Assembly (NCBI GenBank): GCA_963701295.1
Contig: OY969585.1
Location: 288,001-352,000, forward strand
Length of the DNA: 64,000 bases
Direction: 5' to 3'
Source: Ignavibacteriota bacterium
GTDB taxonomy: Bacteria > Bacteroidota > Ignavibacteria > UBA10030
A model generated the notes under the pieces. The model did no database searches. It saw only the letters and a program-made list of their open reading frames with translations, and was not told the DNA's origin. Both the position numbers and the translations under genes were made by a program. Of this stretch, positions 50,141-60,552 are shown in pieces. The stretch's first letter is position 1. Each line of letters opens with the position of its first letter.

Positions 50141-50182
50141 TCTGGATTTTTATCCAATTGTTGATTTAATTAAATACAGTGA
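50141..50182 (+). promoter_or_regulatory. 42-bp element upstream of pfp (copy 2)
   Basis: tctggatttttatccaattgttgatttaattaaatacagtga. Confidence 0.75.
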
Positions 50183-50257
50183 AACTATTCTAATATATTT
50201 TCATATGTACAGTTCAAATTAATAAAATAATTTAAACAATCTCCATTAAAGTAAAAT

Positions 50258-51919
50258 ATGAAATTCAATCCTATTACAAAAAGTTCTTTACAACTAGCAA
50301 GAGCTGACTATAAACCAAAATTACCGACTGCTTTAACCGGCAATATATTGGTTAAAGAAGGTGCTGCGACTCAATCTGTCGCACATCAAGAAGAAATTAA
50401 TAAGATGTTTCCAATTACCCATGGTTTACCTGTTTTAAATATCGAATCCGGCTCAAAACCCTTGGAATCATCTGTTCTAAATGTTGGGGTTATCCTTTCT
50501 GGAGGCCAGGCTCCTGGCGGACATAATGTAATTGCGGGGATATTTGATGGTCTAAAAGCAATGAATAGTAATAGTAAATTATATGGTTTCTTAGGTGGAC
50601 CATCAGGATTAGTAGATGGAAAAAATATTGAACTGACTGCTCAACTGATTGAGGAATACAGAAATACGGGAGGATTTGATATAATAGGCAGCGGTAGAAC
50701 GAAATTGGAAGAACAATCACAGTTTGATAAAGGTCTCGAGAATTGCAAAAACCTTGGCATAAATGCTATTGTTATCATTGGAGGAGACGACTCAAATACA
50801 AATGCTTGCGTATTGGCTGAGTATTACAAGTCAATGAATGCCGGTGTCCAGGTAATAGGTTGCCCCAAAACTATTGATGGAGATTTAAAAAATGAAATGA
50901 TAGAAACATCCTTCGGATTTGATACAGCCTGCAAGGTGTATAGTGAGCTTATTGGTAATATTGAACGTGACGCTTTATCTGCAAAAAAATATTGGCATTT
51001 CATAAAGTTGATGGGGCGTTCAGCTTCACATATAGCACTTGAATGTGTCCTTCAGACCCATCCAAACTATGCTATTATTTCTGAAGAAGTGCAGGAGAAG
51101 AGATTGACCATGGACCAGATTGTTGAAGATATTGCCAGGGTTATTAAAACACGCTCTGACAATAATGAAAACTTTGGTGTTTGCTTGATACCAGAAGGCT
51201 TAATTGAATTTGTGCCCGAGATTAAAAAACTAATTTCTGAAATTAATGACTTACTAGCTGACAAAGCCGTAATTTTTAATGTATTGGAAACTGACGATGA
51301 AAAATTCCAATTCGTTAACAGTCACATAAGCGCTGATTCAACAAAAGCATTTAACTCATTGCCAAAAGAAATACAGATTCAGCTATTAATGGATCGCGAT
51401 CCGCATGGGAATGTACAGGTTTCACATATTGAAACTGAAAAATTACTGATTGAGATGGTTGAAGAAAAGCTTAAAGAATGGAAGACAGAAGGTAAATTCA
51501 AAGGAAATTTTACGGCATTGGCAAATTTCTTTGGATACGAAGGCCGGTGTGCAGCACCGTCTAATTTTGACGCCAACTATACTTACTCATTGGGCTATGT
51601 AGCTGCTGTTATAATTGGATCAGGAAAGACCGGGTATATGTCGTCGGTTCGAAATCTTATCGCTCCGGCTGATAAATGGATCGCGGGAGGTGTGCCAATT
51701 ACTATGATGATGAACATAGAAAAAAGACACGGTCTTATGAAACCTGTCATTCAGAAAGCACTGGTGAAATTAGATGGCAAACCGTTTAAAGAGTTTGCGA
51801 AAAACAGGGCCGAATGGTCTATTAAAACATCCTATGTTTTCCCTGGACCAATACAATACTTTGGACCAAGCGAAGTATGCGACGCAACAACCAAAACATT
51901 ACAATTGGAAAGAGGTTAA
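50258..51919 (+). CDS. pfp: diphosphate--fructose-6-phosphate 1-phosphotransferase (long PPi-PFK)
   Basis: [60 protein letters not shown]. Confidence 0.94.
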   Translation: MKFNPITKSSLQLARADYKPKLPTALTGNILVKEGAATQSVAHQEEINKMFPITHGLPVLNIESGSKPLESSVLNVGVILSGGQAPGGHNVIAGIFDGLKAMNSNSKLYGFLGGPSGLVDGKNIELTAQLIEEYRNTGGFDIIGSGRTKLEEQSQFDKGLENCKNLGINAIVIIGGDDSNTNACVLAEYYKSMNAGVQVIGCPKTIDGDLKNEMIETSFGFDTACKVYSELIGNIERDALSAKKYWHFIKLMGRSASHIALECVLQTHPNYAIISEEVQEKRLTMDQIVEDIARVIKTRSDNNENFGVCLIPEGLIEFVPEIKKLISEINDLLADKAVIFNVLETDDEKFQFVNSHISADSTKAFNSLPKEIQIQLLMDRDPHGNVQVSHIETEKLLIEMVEEKLKEWKTEGKFKGNFTALANFFGYEGRCAAPSNFDANYTYSLGYVAAVIIGSGKTGYMSSVRNLIAPADKWIAGGVPITMMMNIEKRHGLMKPVIQKALVKLDGKPFKEFAKNRAEWSIKTSYVFPGPIQYFGPSEVCDATTKTLQLERG

Positions 51920-51960
51920 TAGAGATAGTTCATAATAATTGAGATAGTGTATGTGTCGAT

Positions 51961-51994
51961 AAAAAACCCCTCCGTTTAGAGGGGATTTTTATTT
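51961..51994. terminator. bidirectional intrinsic terminator
   Basis: aaaaaa-cccctc-cgttta-gagggg-attttt between convergent genes. Confidence 0.75.
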
Positions 51995-52033
51995 ACCAGC
52001 AAATTTTTCTAGATGAATTTCTTCATCTACTCG

Positions 52034-52858
52034 CTATTCCGGAGGATTCCAGCCTTTATGGTTCCATTGCTTTAATTCAATCTTGACAGTGCCGAGAATG
52101 ACTTTCATTTCAGCGGTAATCGGAATTGCCTCAGTATCATTGCTGAACCATCCTTTGAAATCGCCTGTGAGACCCAATATCCCCTCAAGTTTCATTTTGC
52201 CTGATAACTCCACCACTTGAATGGGTTTTTCCCATGCTTTGATATTCACTTTCGAATGGGGATGGAGAGGATAGAACAACGTTTCCCCCAATTTTTCATT
52301 CGAGACAGTCGGATATGAAAACGAATCTTGGACTTGCAATAGATCGCGCGCTAAAAAGATAAGCGATATCCCGTCTTGAATGGGAGTTTTTACGATACGA
52401 AGAGTATCACAAACAACAGAATGCTGAGGTGAAGAGTCTAAGGTTTCTTGAGATGCTTCTTCGACGATGATAATTTTTTCCAATAAATGATAACGATAGA
52501 GTACCTTTTGCCACTCGCCATCCTGTTTCTCATAAGAATAGGAACTAAGTGAATTAAAAGAGGAATCCATTTCCGTATAAGCGACCAAATGAATATCCAC
52601 AAACGGCAAGCCTGAACGAGAATCAATATATGCTACAGCTTTATGCTTCCTTGATTCTGAAATTTCCGGCACAGACAATGTTTTCAATCGAATGGTTCCT
52701 AAATTGATTCCAGACCAACTGACTTCATACAATAATTCCTCACCCTGAACATAGAAGGATGTGTTTGCCGGTTGTGCATGATCAGCGGAGAATGTTATTG
52801 ACCGTACAAGCATTGTCATTGGTATTGCGAGGATAAATATTATAATAGGTGATTTCAT
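52034..52858 (-). CDS. DUF3108-like secreted protein
   Basis: signal peptide; GEELLYEVSW.GINLG; WFSND...IP....VILGTVKIEL. Confidence 0.7.
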   Translation of the reverse strand: MKSPIIIFILAIPMTMLVRSITFSADHAQPANTSFYVQGEELLYEVSWSGINLGTIRLKTLSVPEISESRKHKAVAYIDSRSGLPFVDIHLVAYTEMDSSFNSLSSYSYEKQDGEWQKVLYRYHLLEKIIIVEEASQETLDSSPQHSVVCDTLRIVKTPIQDGISLIFLARDLLQVQDSFSYPTVSNEKLGETLFYPLHPHSKVNIKAWEKPIQVVELSGKMKLEGILGLTGDFKGWFSNDTEAIPITAEMKVILGTVKIELKQWNHKGWNPPE

Positions 52859-52872
52859 CGCTACTGCATTTT

Positions 52873-53988
52873 CTAAATAAATAAAATACTTTCCACATAA
52901 CGTGCAATAGCCGGCGAGGATGTCAATCCTGGCGATTCGATTCCAATCAGGTTGACAAATCCGGACAAGCCGCGATCTTTCTCGTGGACGATAACAAAGT
53001 CGCGCGAGGGTCGTCCTTTTCTTTGAAGTTTTGGACGAATGCCACTCATATCAGGTGTAATATCTTCATCGTTGATCGCAGGCAAAATACGTCGGATGGA
53101 TTCTGCAAATGCATGCTGCTTCTCTTCTGCCACCTTATAGTCGAGTAAGCGGCCTTCGAGATATTCAATATCAGGTCCGAATTTCAGCCGTCCCCCCCAA
53201 TCTATTAACGCATGAACTCCAAGTCCCTCATTGACTGGGACAGGATACACGAGCCGGGACACAAGATTTGCCTTCGAAGGTGTGATAGCAAAGTACGATC
53301 CCTTGACAAAATTGAGGCGTAAGTCCTCTTTATCGATGTTGATACCCATCATCTGCGCGATGAGATCGGAACCGAGACCGGCCGCATTGATGACAATCTC
53401 ACTGCTTACGCTCGATTGAGTTCCAACATCGACAACGGTTAAATCATATTCACCATTGTTTTTTTGAATATCCATCACTTGACAGCGATGCTGAACTAAT
53501 CCTCTATTGGACTGAATTGTTTGGAAAAAGAAATCCATCAGATCATGAACACTGATGATGCCTGTCAGCGGAGAAAATAATGCTCCTACCGTTTTGATAT
53601 TGGGCTCTAATTTCAATGCGGCGGCTTTATCCAACAGTTGAAGCTCTACGCCATTGTCAGCCGCGTTTCTTTGGATACTTTCAAGCTTTTCTAATTCTGC
53701 CGGTATTGTCGCTGTAATCAGTTTTGTCAGCGGTTTATAGATAATGTCGTGTTCTTTGCATAACGCATATAATTCGTCTCTTCCTTCCACACAGAGACTC
53801 GCTTTGAGAGAGCCCGGTTCATAGTAGATCCCTGCGTGAATCACTTCGCTGTTACGGCTCGATGTCTCCATTCCGTACTTTTCATTCTTTTCGAGCACTA
53901 CAAGACGTGGATGTTTTTCAGAAAGACGTGCCGCAATGGCAAGTCCTACCACACCCGCGCCTATTACTGCAATCTCGAAATCTGCCAT
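52873..53988 (-). CDS. FAD-dependent oxidoreductase, L-2-hydroxyglutarate oxidase-like
   Basis: GAGVVG, ETSSRNSEVIHAGIYY, INAAGL, KGSYF, GLGVH, FGPD, GIRPK, GIESPGLTSS. Confidence 0.85.
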   Translation of the reverse strand: MADFEIAVIGAGVVGLAIAARLSEKHPRLVVLEKNEKYGMETSSRNSEVIHAGIYYEPGSLKASLCVEGRDELYALCKEHDIIYKPLTKLITATIPAELEKLESIQRNAADNGVELQLLDKAAALKLEPNIKTVGALFSPLTGIISVHDLMDFFFQTIQSNRGLVQHRCQVMDIQKNNGEYDLTVVDVGTQSSVSSEIVINAAGLGSDLIAQMMGINIDKEDLRLNFVKGSYFAITPSKANLVSRLVYPVPVNEGLGVHALIDWGGRLKFGPDIEYLEGRLLDYKVAEEKQHAFAESIRRILPAINDEDITPDMSGIRPKLQRKGRPSRDFVIVHEKDRGLSGFVNLIGIESPGLTSSPAIARYVESILFI

Positions 53989-54066
53989 ATTAGGAAAATA
54001 CTAAATCGTTCTTTAAAGGACACGTACAATCTTGATTGACTCCTTTTTGCTTCGTATGTTATACAT

Positions 54067-54552
54067 ATGAAAAAAGCAAAAAACCAAACCCAGATGTTTC
54101 TCCAACTTATCGATGAAGCATATAAAAGCAAGGCCTGGCATGGAACGAGTCTGCACGGCTCAATTCGTGGTTTATCTGCACAACAAGCAGCGTGGCGTCC
54201 TTTATCGACACGGCACAATATTTGGGAGATTATGGTACATGCAGCTTATTGGAAGCACATCGTCCGACGGCGTTTGCGTGGAGAGAAAAAAGGCTCATTT
54301 CCATTAAAAGGAAGTAATTGGATCAAACGTCCAATTGTTTTGAGCGAGAACGCTTGGCATGAAGACATTCGCCTGCTTGATGAAATGCATCGCTCAATGC
54401 GTGAAGCGATTGCTCTGATCAAACCATCCGATCTCGACCGAAAACCTGCCGGCAGTAAGGTTTCCAATGCATCCATCATTTCAGGAATTGCCTGCCACGA
54501 TGTTTATCATACTGGACAGATACAATTGCTTAAACGATTGATGAAACAGTGA
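54067..54552 (+). CDS. DinB-family protein
   Basis: AWHG.S, HNIWEIMVH..YW, HDVYHTGQI. Confidence 0.85.
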   Translation: MKKAKNQTQMFLQLIDEAYKSKAWHGTSLHGSIRGLSAQQAAWRPLSTRHNIWEIMVHAAYWKHIVRRRLRGEKKGSFPLKGSNWIKRPIVLSENAWHEDIRLLDEMHRSMREAIALIKPSDLDRKPAGSKVSNASIISGIACHDVYHTGQIQLLKRLMKQ

Positions 54553-55790
54553 CCAGCGACTCACCTTCTCAAAAACCAAGCTGGCGAAAAACCTTCGCAG
54601 CACTCAAACATCGCAACTATCGTCTGTGGTTTTATGGACAAATGGTATCGTTATTTGGCACGTGGATGCAGACTACTGCCCAAGGATTTCTCATTTATCA
54701 ATTAACACATTCTTCAGCATATCTTGGGTATGTGGGATTTGCTTCCGGCATTCCTTCGTGGCTTTTTATGATGTATGGTGGAGTTATTGCAGATCGCGTC
54801 TCAAAACGCAAGGTCCTTATCGTTACACAATCCATCATGATGATCCTCGCGTTTATTCTTGCAACACTTGTATTCACAGACACTGTTCAAGCGTGGCATA
54901 TTCTTTTGTTGGCATTCGGTCTAGGATCTGCCAATGCTTTTGATGCACCGGCGCGCCAAGCATTTGTCTCAGAAATGGTGGATCGTGAAGATTTAACGAA
55001 TGCCGTCGCGCTCAATGCAACAATGTTTAATACCGCTCTTATCATCGGTCCGGCAATTGCCGGCATAATTTATGCCGCATTCGGACCCGGGTGGTGTTTT
55101 GCTGTCAACGGGGTCTCATTCATTGCTGTCATCATCGCACTAGCATCGATGCATTTTCTACCACGCACAGAAATTTCACAACATGGTTCCACACTCTCTG
55201 CATTAACGGAAGGGATTAATTATGTACGTCAGCAGCCGACCATTCGTGCACTCATCGGGCTGGTTGCAACAACTAGTTTATTCGGAATGTCTTTAGGAAC
55301 ATTACTCCCTGCTTGGTCAGTGAAAATACTTCACGGTAACGCAGCGACAAACGGACTTCTCTTTTCTGCTCGCGGCGTCGGTTCTCTTTTTGGAGCATTG
55401 ACTATAGCCACCTTCGCGAGATCCCATGTCCGTGGTAAATTTATAACAGCCGGTTCCATCTGCTTTCCCATTTTTATTGCTCTCTTTGCAATGACATATT
55501 GGCTGCCGCTCTCGCTACTATTTATGGTTTTTCTTGGCATAGCTACAATATTTGTTGTTAATTTTTCTAATGCTACCATACAATCGATTGTGCCCGATTC
55601 ACTGAGAGGACGTGTTATGGGTGTATACACCACGATCTTTATGGGATCAATGCCGCTTGGTGCACTTCTGCTAGGAACCATCGCAGAACATGCCGGAGAA
55701 GCAGAAGCGGCATTGTTAAGCTCTGCCTTTGCGTTTTGTATTGCTGGTCTTGTAATGGTCTTCGTACCAAAAATACGTACGTTAGAATAA
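54549..55790 (+). CDS. MFS transporter
   Basis: NYRLWFYGQMVSLFGTWMQ, GGVIADR, AFDAPARQA, LRGRVMG; GTGA coupling to the DinB gene. Confidence 0.9.
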   Translation: MTSDSPSQKPSWRKTFAALKHRNYRLWFYGQMVSLFGTWMQTTAQGFLIYQLTHSSAYLGYVGFASGIPSWLFMMYGGVIADRVSKRKVLIVTQSIMMILAFILATLVFTDTVQAWHILLLAFGLGSANAFDAPARQAFVSEMVDREDLTNAVALNATMFNTALIIGPAIAGIIYAAFGPGWCFAVNGVSFIAVIIALASMHFLPRTEISQHGSTLSALTEGINYVRQQPTIRALIGLVATTSLFGMSLGTLLPAWSVKILHGNAATNGLLFSARGVGSLFGALTIATFARSHVRGKFITAGSICFPIFIALFAMTYWLPLSLLFMVFLGIATIFVVNFSNATIQSIVPDSLRGRVMGVYTTIFMGSMPLGALLLGTIAEHAGEAEAALLSSAFAFCIAGLVMVFVPKIRTLE

Positions 55791-55857
55791 TTTATGAAAT
55801 GGAAAAAGGGTGAAACACTCGCTCCACCCTTGCAAACCCATCGTATATGATTCTCCT

Positions 55858-57135
55858 CTACTGGGTTCCCAACGCGTTCACAAGCCACAAACTTAACTCG
55901 GGAATATACGTAATGACCATCAAAGCGATCGCCTCAAACAGGACAAACATGATTACTGCCTTCGAAAGATGGAAGATCGACTTTTCGAATCGAAGGCTGG
56001 AAAGAAACAAATTGAGTCCCATGGGCGGCATGAGGTAGCCGAGTTCAAGATTTGTCAGGAAGATAATGCCAAGATGCACCGGATCAATGTTGAAATGTGC
56101 CGCAATAGGTAAAATGATTGGAACGGAAACGATCGCCGAAAATATCTCCATCATCATACCAATGATGATGAGAAATGCATTTAAAATAAGAAGAAACATA
56201 ATTTTACTGGACACATGCGCTTGAACGATTTCGAATAATCTCTGCGGCACTTGTTGATCGATCAGGAAGTTCATCAATCCTAAAGCACATCCAAGGATCA
56301 TCATAATAGCACCGACTAAAAGCATACTGCGCTTCATAACACGCGGGATATCCCGGAAGATATGAAGATCGCGATAGATAAATACTTCGACCACAAATGC
56401 ATAAAATGCCGTAATCGCTGCTGCTTCCGTTGCAGTGAAGAATCCGCCGTAAATTCCACCGATAACTACAAACGGTAATGGTATTTCCCAAATTGCCGCA
56501 CGCATGGAACTCCATACATTTTTCCATAAGAATGGAATTTTCGGAACATGGAATTTTATGCTCACTCTCAAACTATACGCGCATAAGAACAAAATGAGAA
56601 TGATTCCCGGAACGAGTCCGGCTACAAACAACTTGTTAATACTCACTCCCGCAACAAAACCAAAGAGAATGATGGGAAGACTCGGAGGAAAAAGTAATCC
56701 GATACTTCCCGATGCCGTTACTAATCCAAGCGAAAATTTTTCAGGATATTTTTGTTTTAGGAGAATCGGATATAGAAGTCCACCGAGCGCGACAATGGTT
56801 ACACCGGATGCACCTGTAAATGCAGTAAAGATTGCACAAGTGAACAATGAAACAATCGCTAATCCAGCAGGCATCCATCCGAATAATGCTTCTGCAAGAT
56901 CCACCATTCGCTTAGGAGCTTTGCTTTCTGCAAGCAAATAGCCCGCAAAGGTAAACAAAGGCACAGCGATGAGTGTCGGCTGATCAGCAATTTTACTGTA
57001 TAAATCGATGATGAGGGCAGAAGTATCGATATCAGCAGAGCTGAACGCATACAATCCCACCGCTCCAATGATCGTAAACAACGGTGCACCAAAGAACGCA
57101 ATAAGAAGTAATCCCAAGATTAACCAGATACTCAT
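55858..57135 (-). CDS. dctM: TRAP transporter large permease
   Basis: AVPLFTFAG, TGASG, GLLFPPS, TATEAA, DPVHLG, PPMGLNLF; start ATG 57135 overlaps the dctQ stop. Confidence 0.9.
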   Translation of the reverse strand: MSIWLILGLLLIAFFGAPLFTIIGAVGLYAFSSADIDTSALIIDLYSKIADQPTLIAVPLFTFAGYLLAESKAPKRMVDLAEALFGWMPAGLAIVSLFTCAIFTAFTGASGVTIVALGGLLYPILLKQKYPEKFSLGLVTASGSIGLLFPPSLPIILFGFVAGVSINKLFVAGLVPGIILILFLCAYSLRVSIKFHVPKIPFLWKNVWSSMRAAIWEIPLPFVVIGGIYGGFFTATEAAAITAFYAFVVEVFIYRDLHIFRDIPRVMKRSMLLVGAIMMILGCALGLMNFLIDQQVPQRLFEIVQAHVSSKIMFLLILNAFLIIIGMMMEIFSAIVSVPIILPIAAHFNIDPVHLGIIFLTNLELGYLMPPMGLNLFLSSLRFEKSIFHLSKAVIMFVLFEAIALMVITYIPELSLWLVNALGTQ

Positions 57136-57629
57136 GCGCTGCCGCCTTTCGTTACAGCGGCGTGAGCACGGAGAATTGCTCGAATTGTAAAATGCACGAC
57201 GAGCAGTCCAAAACCAATGGGAATGATACATTGGACACACCACGAAGGAATACCTTGGAACACCATACGTTTATCTGTCATTTCTGATTCAACAAAAACG
57301 CGAGCGGCATTCATTAAAAAGTAACAGACGACCGCGGCAAAGAGATCTGTAAGAACATCGACAGCAGAGCGAATGCGAGGAGGAAGGAATCGCCGCAGGG
57401 CATCAATGTTAATATGCCGTTCTTCACTCGTTGCAATGGCGGCTCCTAGAAATCCAATCCAGAGAACAAGATGTCGCAATAAAATATCTGCACCAAGGAT
57501 TCCTGTATGGAAAACATTCCGCAGCATCACCTGACTAAATGCAACCAGCACCATGGTAGAGAGCATTAGAATGAGTAATGCGCCTTCAGCTTTGTTGAGG
57601 GCAAGGTCTATCGTCTTAAGTATCTTCAT
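57132..57629 (-). CDS. dctQ: TRAP transporter small permease
   Basis: 4 TMs; QVMLR, LVLWIGFLGA, HINID. Confidence 0.88.
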   Translation of the reverse strand: MKILKTIDLALNKAEGALLILMLSTMVLVAFSQVMLRNVFHTGILGADILLRHLVLWIGFLGAAIATSEERHINIDALRRFLPPRIRSAVDVLTDLFAAVVCYFLMNAARVFVESEMTDKRMVFQGIPSWCVQCIIPIGFGLLVVHFTIRAILRAHAAVTKGGSA

Positions 57630-58645
57630 TTGGATTTTCGGCTCTTTCTATAATCATCAACTTCTTTTTCAACCCGCTTCAGAAAACCTTCATCATACAA
57701 TTTGCCTAAAAGCATTCTGCGCGCTCGTGTTCCAGTTTCAACATATTCCTTTATCCCCTTATCATCTGCCTTTGTAAATATGATCCCGCGCTTCTTTAAC
57801 TCGGTCAATGAACTCTGGTTATCTTTACGTCCTAATTCTGAGAGCTTCTTCATATACGTCTTTCCATTGCGGAGAAGTATTTCCTTAAGGTCTGCAGGGA
57901 GGTTGTCATAATATTTTTTCGAGATCACGATTGCCCCTGTTGAACAGGTAAGCGGAAAATCAACCATATATTTCGCTTGCGTATACCATTGAATGGAAAC
58001 ACATGCATACGGTGTCGTATAGAATGCGTTGATGAGGCCGGTTTGTAGAGAAGTATAGACGTTATCGATAGAAAGGGGAATTGGCTTAAGGCCTATTGCA
58101 GCAAACGCGGTTTCAGCAACCGGATCACCTTCCCATACCCACATTTTCTGCTGCTTAATATCAGAAGGTTGACTAATAGGAGCTTTACTGAATACGTATA
58201 CAAATCCGATTTCGACGAGGCCAAGTAATTCGTATCCGTGATTTTCGAACGCCTCGCGAATTTCGTTGTCAAATTTATCATATAGATTATCGGCTTCATC
58301 GCTGGTTTGAATAAGGAAAGGTGCATCCAAAAGCCGGATCTTCGGCGCTATCTCACCAAGCCCAACGCCAGTGAAACCCGCGGCATGCAATTGGCCAACG
58401 GAAATTTTTCGCACCACAGTTTTTTCATCACCCTGCACCATGCCAGGATACATTTTGAATCCAAGGCGTCCGCCGCTTTCCTTCCGGATTGTATTATCAA
58501 ACTCATGCATCACATTCATCCATGTAGCGCCTTCCGGTGCAATGGAAGCAAATTTGATAGTGTACTGCTGACTTAAAGCAAAAGAGAATACTACAGAAAT
58601 GAGTAGTTGAGTAAAAAAATTGATTTTCATAAATCGTTTTGTCAT
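57626..58645 (-). CDS. dctP: TRAP substrate-binding protein (TatP/DctP)
   Basis: IKFASIAPEGATW, YPG.VQGDE, KMWVWEGD, SLQTGLI. Confidence 0.88.
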   Translation of the reverse strand: MTKRFMKINFFTQLLISVVFSFALSQQYTIKFASIAPEGATWMNVMHEFDNTIRKESGGRLGFKMYPGMVQGDEKTVVRKISVGQLHAAGFTGVGLGEIAPKIRLLDAPFLIQTSDEADNLYDKFDNEIREAFENHGYELLGLVEIGFVYVFSKAPISQPSDIKQQKMWVWEGDPVAETAFAAIGLKPIPLSIDNVYTSLQTGLINAFYTTPYACVSIQWYTQAKYMVDFPLTCSTGAIVISKKYYDNLPADLKEILLRNGKTYMKKLSELGRKDNQSSLTELKKRGIIFTKADDKGIKEYVETGTRARRMLLGKLYDEGFLKRVEKEVDDYRKSRKSK

Positions 58646-58658
58646 TTCTATGGTCCTT

Positions 58659-59516
58659 TTAGAATAATTCGTTTGATTGCGCCAGCAGTTTCTGCGCTTT
58701 CTTTTTTGCGATGATATTGGCAAGACGCGCTTCCGGTAAAATATCAGGGGAAGCTTCTACCACCTGTTTCAGTAATGATTCAAACAATGGCTGGTCTTGT
58801 ATCGCCACAGCGTATGTTCGGGCATAATACAATTGTGTCATTAAAAATTTTCCACTATTGAGCGCAAGACATTTTTCAAAATACTCTTTTGATTTATCAG
58901 GATTTCCGCCAAGTGCCTTCGGTGTACTGCCTTCTATCGTACCAAGGAATAAATACGCACTGCCATGATAGAAAGACGGATCTGTCTTCGCAACAAACTC
59001 TATCAGAGCATTCACTTTGCTCAAATCAGCAAGGCCTGCTACATCTGTGCGCGTGATATTGATATAGCTCCCCCAGCTGAAAGCAGTCCAGAAAATGGCA
59101 GGGACATCATCCTTATCAAATGTATTTACTGCTTCACGGAATGCCGTAATATTGCTATCCAAAGCCTCCTTAAATTTTTTATTTTTCACGAGAACTCGCA
59201 TTCCATATTCCTTTGCGCGCAAATAAAAAACGCGTGCCCGCTCCACACTGTCATCCTCGCAAAAAGCCAATGCATAGGCATTGTACCCTTGGGCTGCAAA
59301 TATAAGGAACTGTTCATTCTCCGGGTCGCTCTTGATCATTGCCTCAACGAGTTTGAGGTTACTCCCAAGCGCTTCGTGCGCAAGTTGTAGATCGGATTCC
59401 TCGTTGAATGATGCCAATCCATTATCGAGAATGCCGCCCATCGAACGCAACGCAATGGTTTGGATACAGCCTTCAAAGAGAAATGCTGCCACAATTAAAA
59501 GTATTGTTCTCTGCAT
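58659..59516 (-). CDS. tatT: TRAP-associated TatT lipoprotein (TPAT system)
   Basis: lipobox FEGC; ESDLQLA, YALAF, LYYARTYA, GGNPDKSKEYF, ANIIAKKKA; directly upstream of dctP. Confidence 0.8.
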   Translation of the reverse strand: MQRTILLIVAAFLFEGCIQTIALRSMGGILDNGLASFNEESDLQLAHEALGSNLKLVEAMIKSDPENEQFLIFAAQGYNAYALAFCEDDSVERARVFYLRAKEYGMRVLVKNKKFKEALDSNITAFREAVNTFDKDDVPAIFWTAFSWGSYINITRTDVAGLADLSKVNALIEFVAKTDPSFYHGSAYLFLGTIEGSTPKALGGNPDKSKEYFEKCLALNSGKFLMTQLYYARTYAVAIQDQPLFESLLKQVVEASPDILPEARLANIIAKKKAQKLLAQSNELF

Positions 59517-59791
59517 AGGTTTTATCTCTATGGTTATACCACTCTAAATATAGACGTGCACTTAAAGAGAAAATATTCTCTGCTTAATAAAAAATATATG
59601 GAAAAATGTGTGGGATTCAAAGATAACCAGATGAAGAGTTTTTCATTTACACAGGATCTTTATGATATTTTTTCTCTTTTGTGCACGTACACAGGATTCA
59701 GTCATTCGATTGTTTCCTTAAAGCAGAATCTACAACTTGAATCTATTACTCCTTCAGTAATCCAAGCATTCCGCTCTTTTTCTCTTCCCAT

Positions 59792-59820
59792 TTGACACTT
59801 TTCCGATAAACGAGTAACTT
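59792..59820 (+). promoter_or_regulatory. sigma70-like promoter
   Basis: TTGACA-17 bp-TAACTT, 45 bp upstream of the response regulator. Confidence 0.5.
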
Positions 59821-59865
59821 CTCCCTGCAAGAAAAAATTAACAACTTCACCAAAACAGGATCATT

Positions 59866-60552
59866 ATGCGCATCCTCGTGATTGAGGACGAACAGAAGGT
59901 TGCCCGTTTTCTAAAAAAGGGCTTAGAGGCGGAAGGTTATGAAGTTGAAACCGCCGCCGATGGAAAGACTGGCGAGAAGTGCGCTCGAACAGAAGTGTAC
60001 GATCTCATCCTGCTTGATGTCTTGCTTCCCAAGAAAAATGGTTTTGAAATCCTGCGCGATTTGCGGAAAGATGAAATTCGAATTCCGATTTTGATGCTGA
60101 CAGCTCGCAGTGCGACGGAGGATATCGTGGGCGGGCTTGATCAGGGCGCAGATGATTACCTGACGAAACCATTTGCCTTTAACGTATTGTTAGCACGTAT
60201 TCGCTCATTGATGCGCCGAGGTACAGCCAGGACAAAACTCAAATATGCCGATCTTATTTTGGACACCGTTGCACATACAGCCAGCCGTTCCGGTATTCCC
60301 ATTGAGTTGACTGTACGCGAGTATGCTCTCATCGAATATTTTTTACGTCACCGCGGTAAATTAATTTCGCGCCAGGAGCTTTCAAGGGATATTTGGGGAT
60401 ACAATTTTGACCCAGGCACAAATGTCGTAGATGTGTATGTCAACCACCTGCGAAAAAAAATCGATGCCGATTTCTCGATGAAGCTTCTTCAGACCGAACG
60501 TGGTAAAGGGTACTATCTTTCTGACAAGAAGTTGTCATTCAAGCCATCATGA
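59866..60552 (+). CDS. OmpR/CusR-family response regulator
   Basis: IEDE, LDVLLP, GADDYLTKPF, TNVVDVYVNHLRKKID, RGKGY. Confidence 0.93.
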   Translation: MRILVIEDEQKVARFLKKGLEAEGYEVETAADGKTGEKCARTEVYDLILLDVLLPKKNGFEILRDLRKDEIRIPILMLTARSATEDIVGGLDQGADDYLTKPFAFNVLLARIRSLMRRGTARTKLKYADLILDTVAHTASRSGIPIELTVREYALIEYFLRHRGKLISRQELSRDIWGYNFDPGTNVVDVYVNHLRKKIDADFSMKLLQTERGKGYYLSDKKLSFKPS

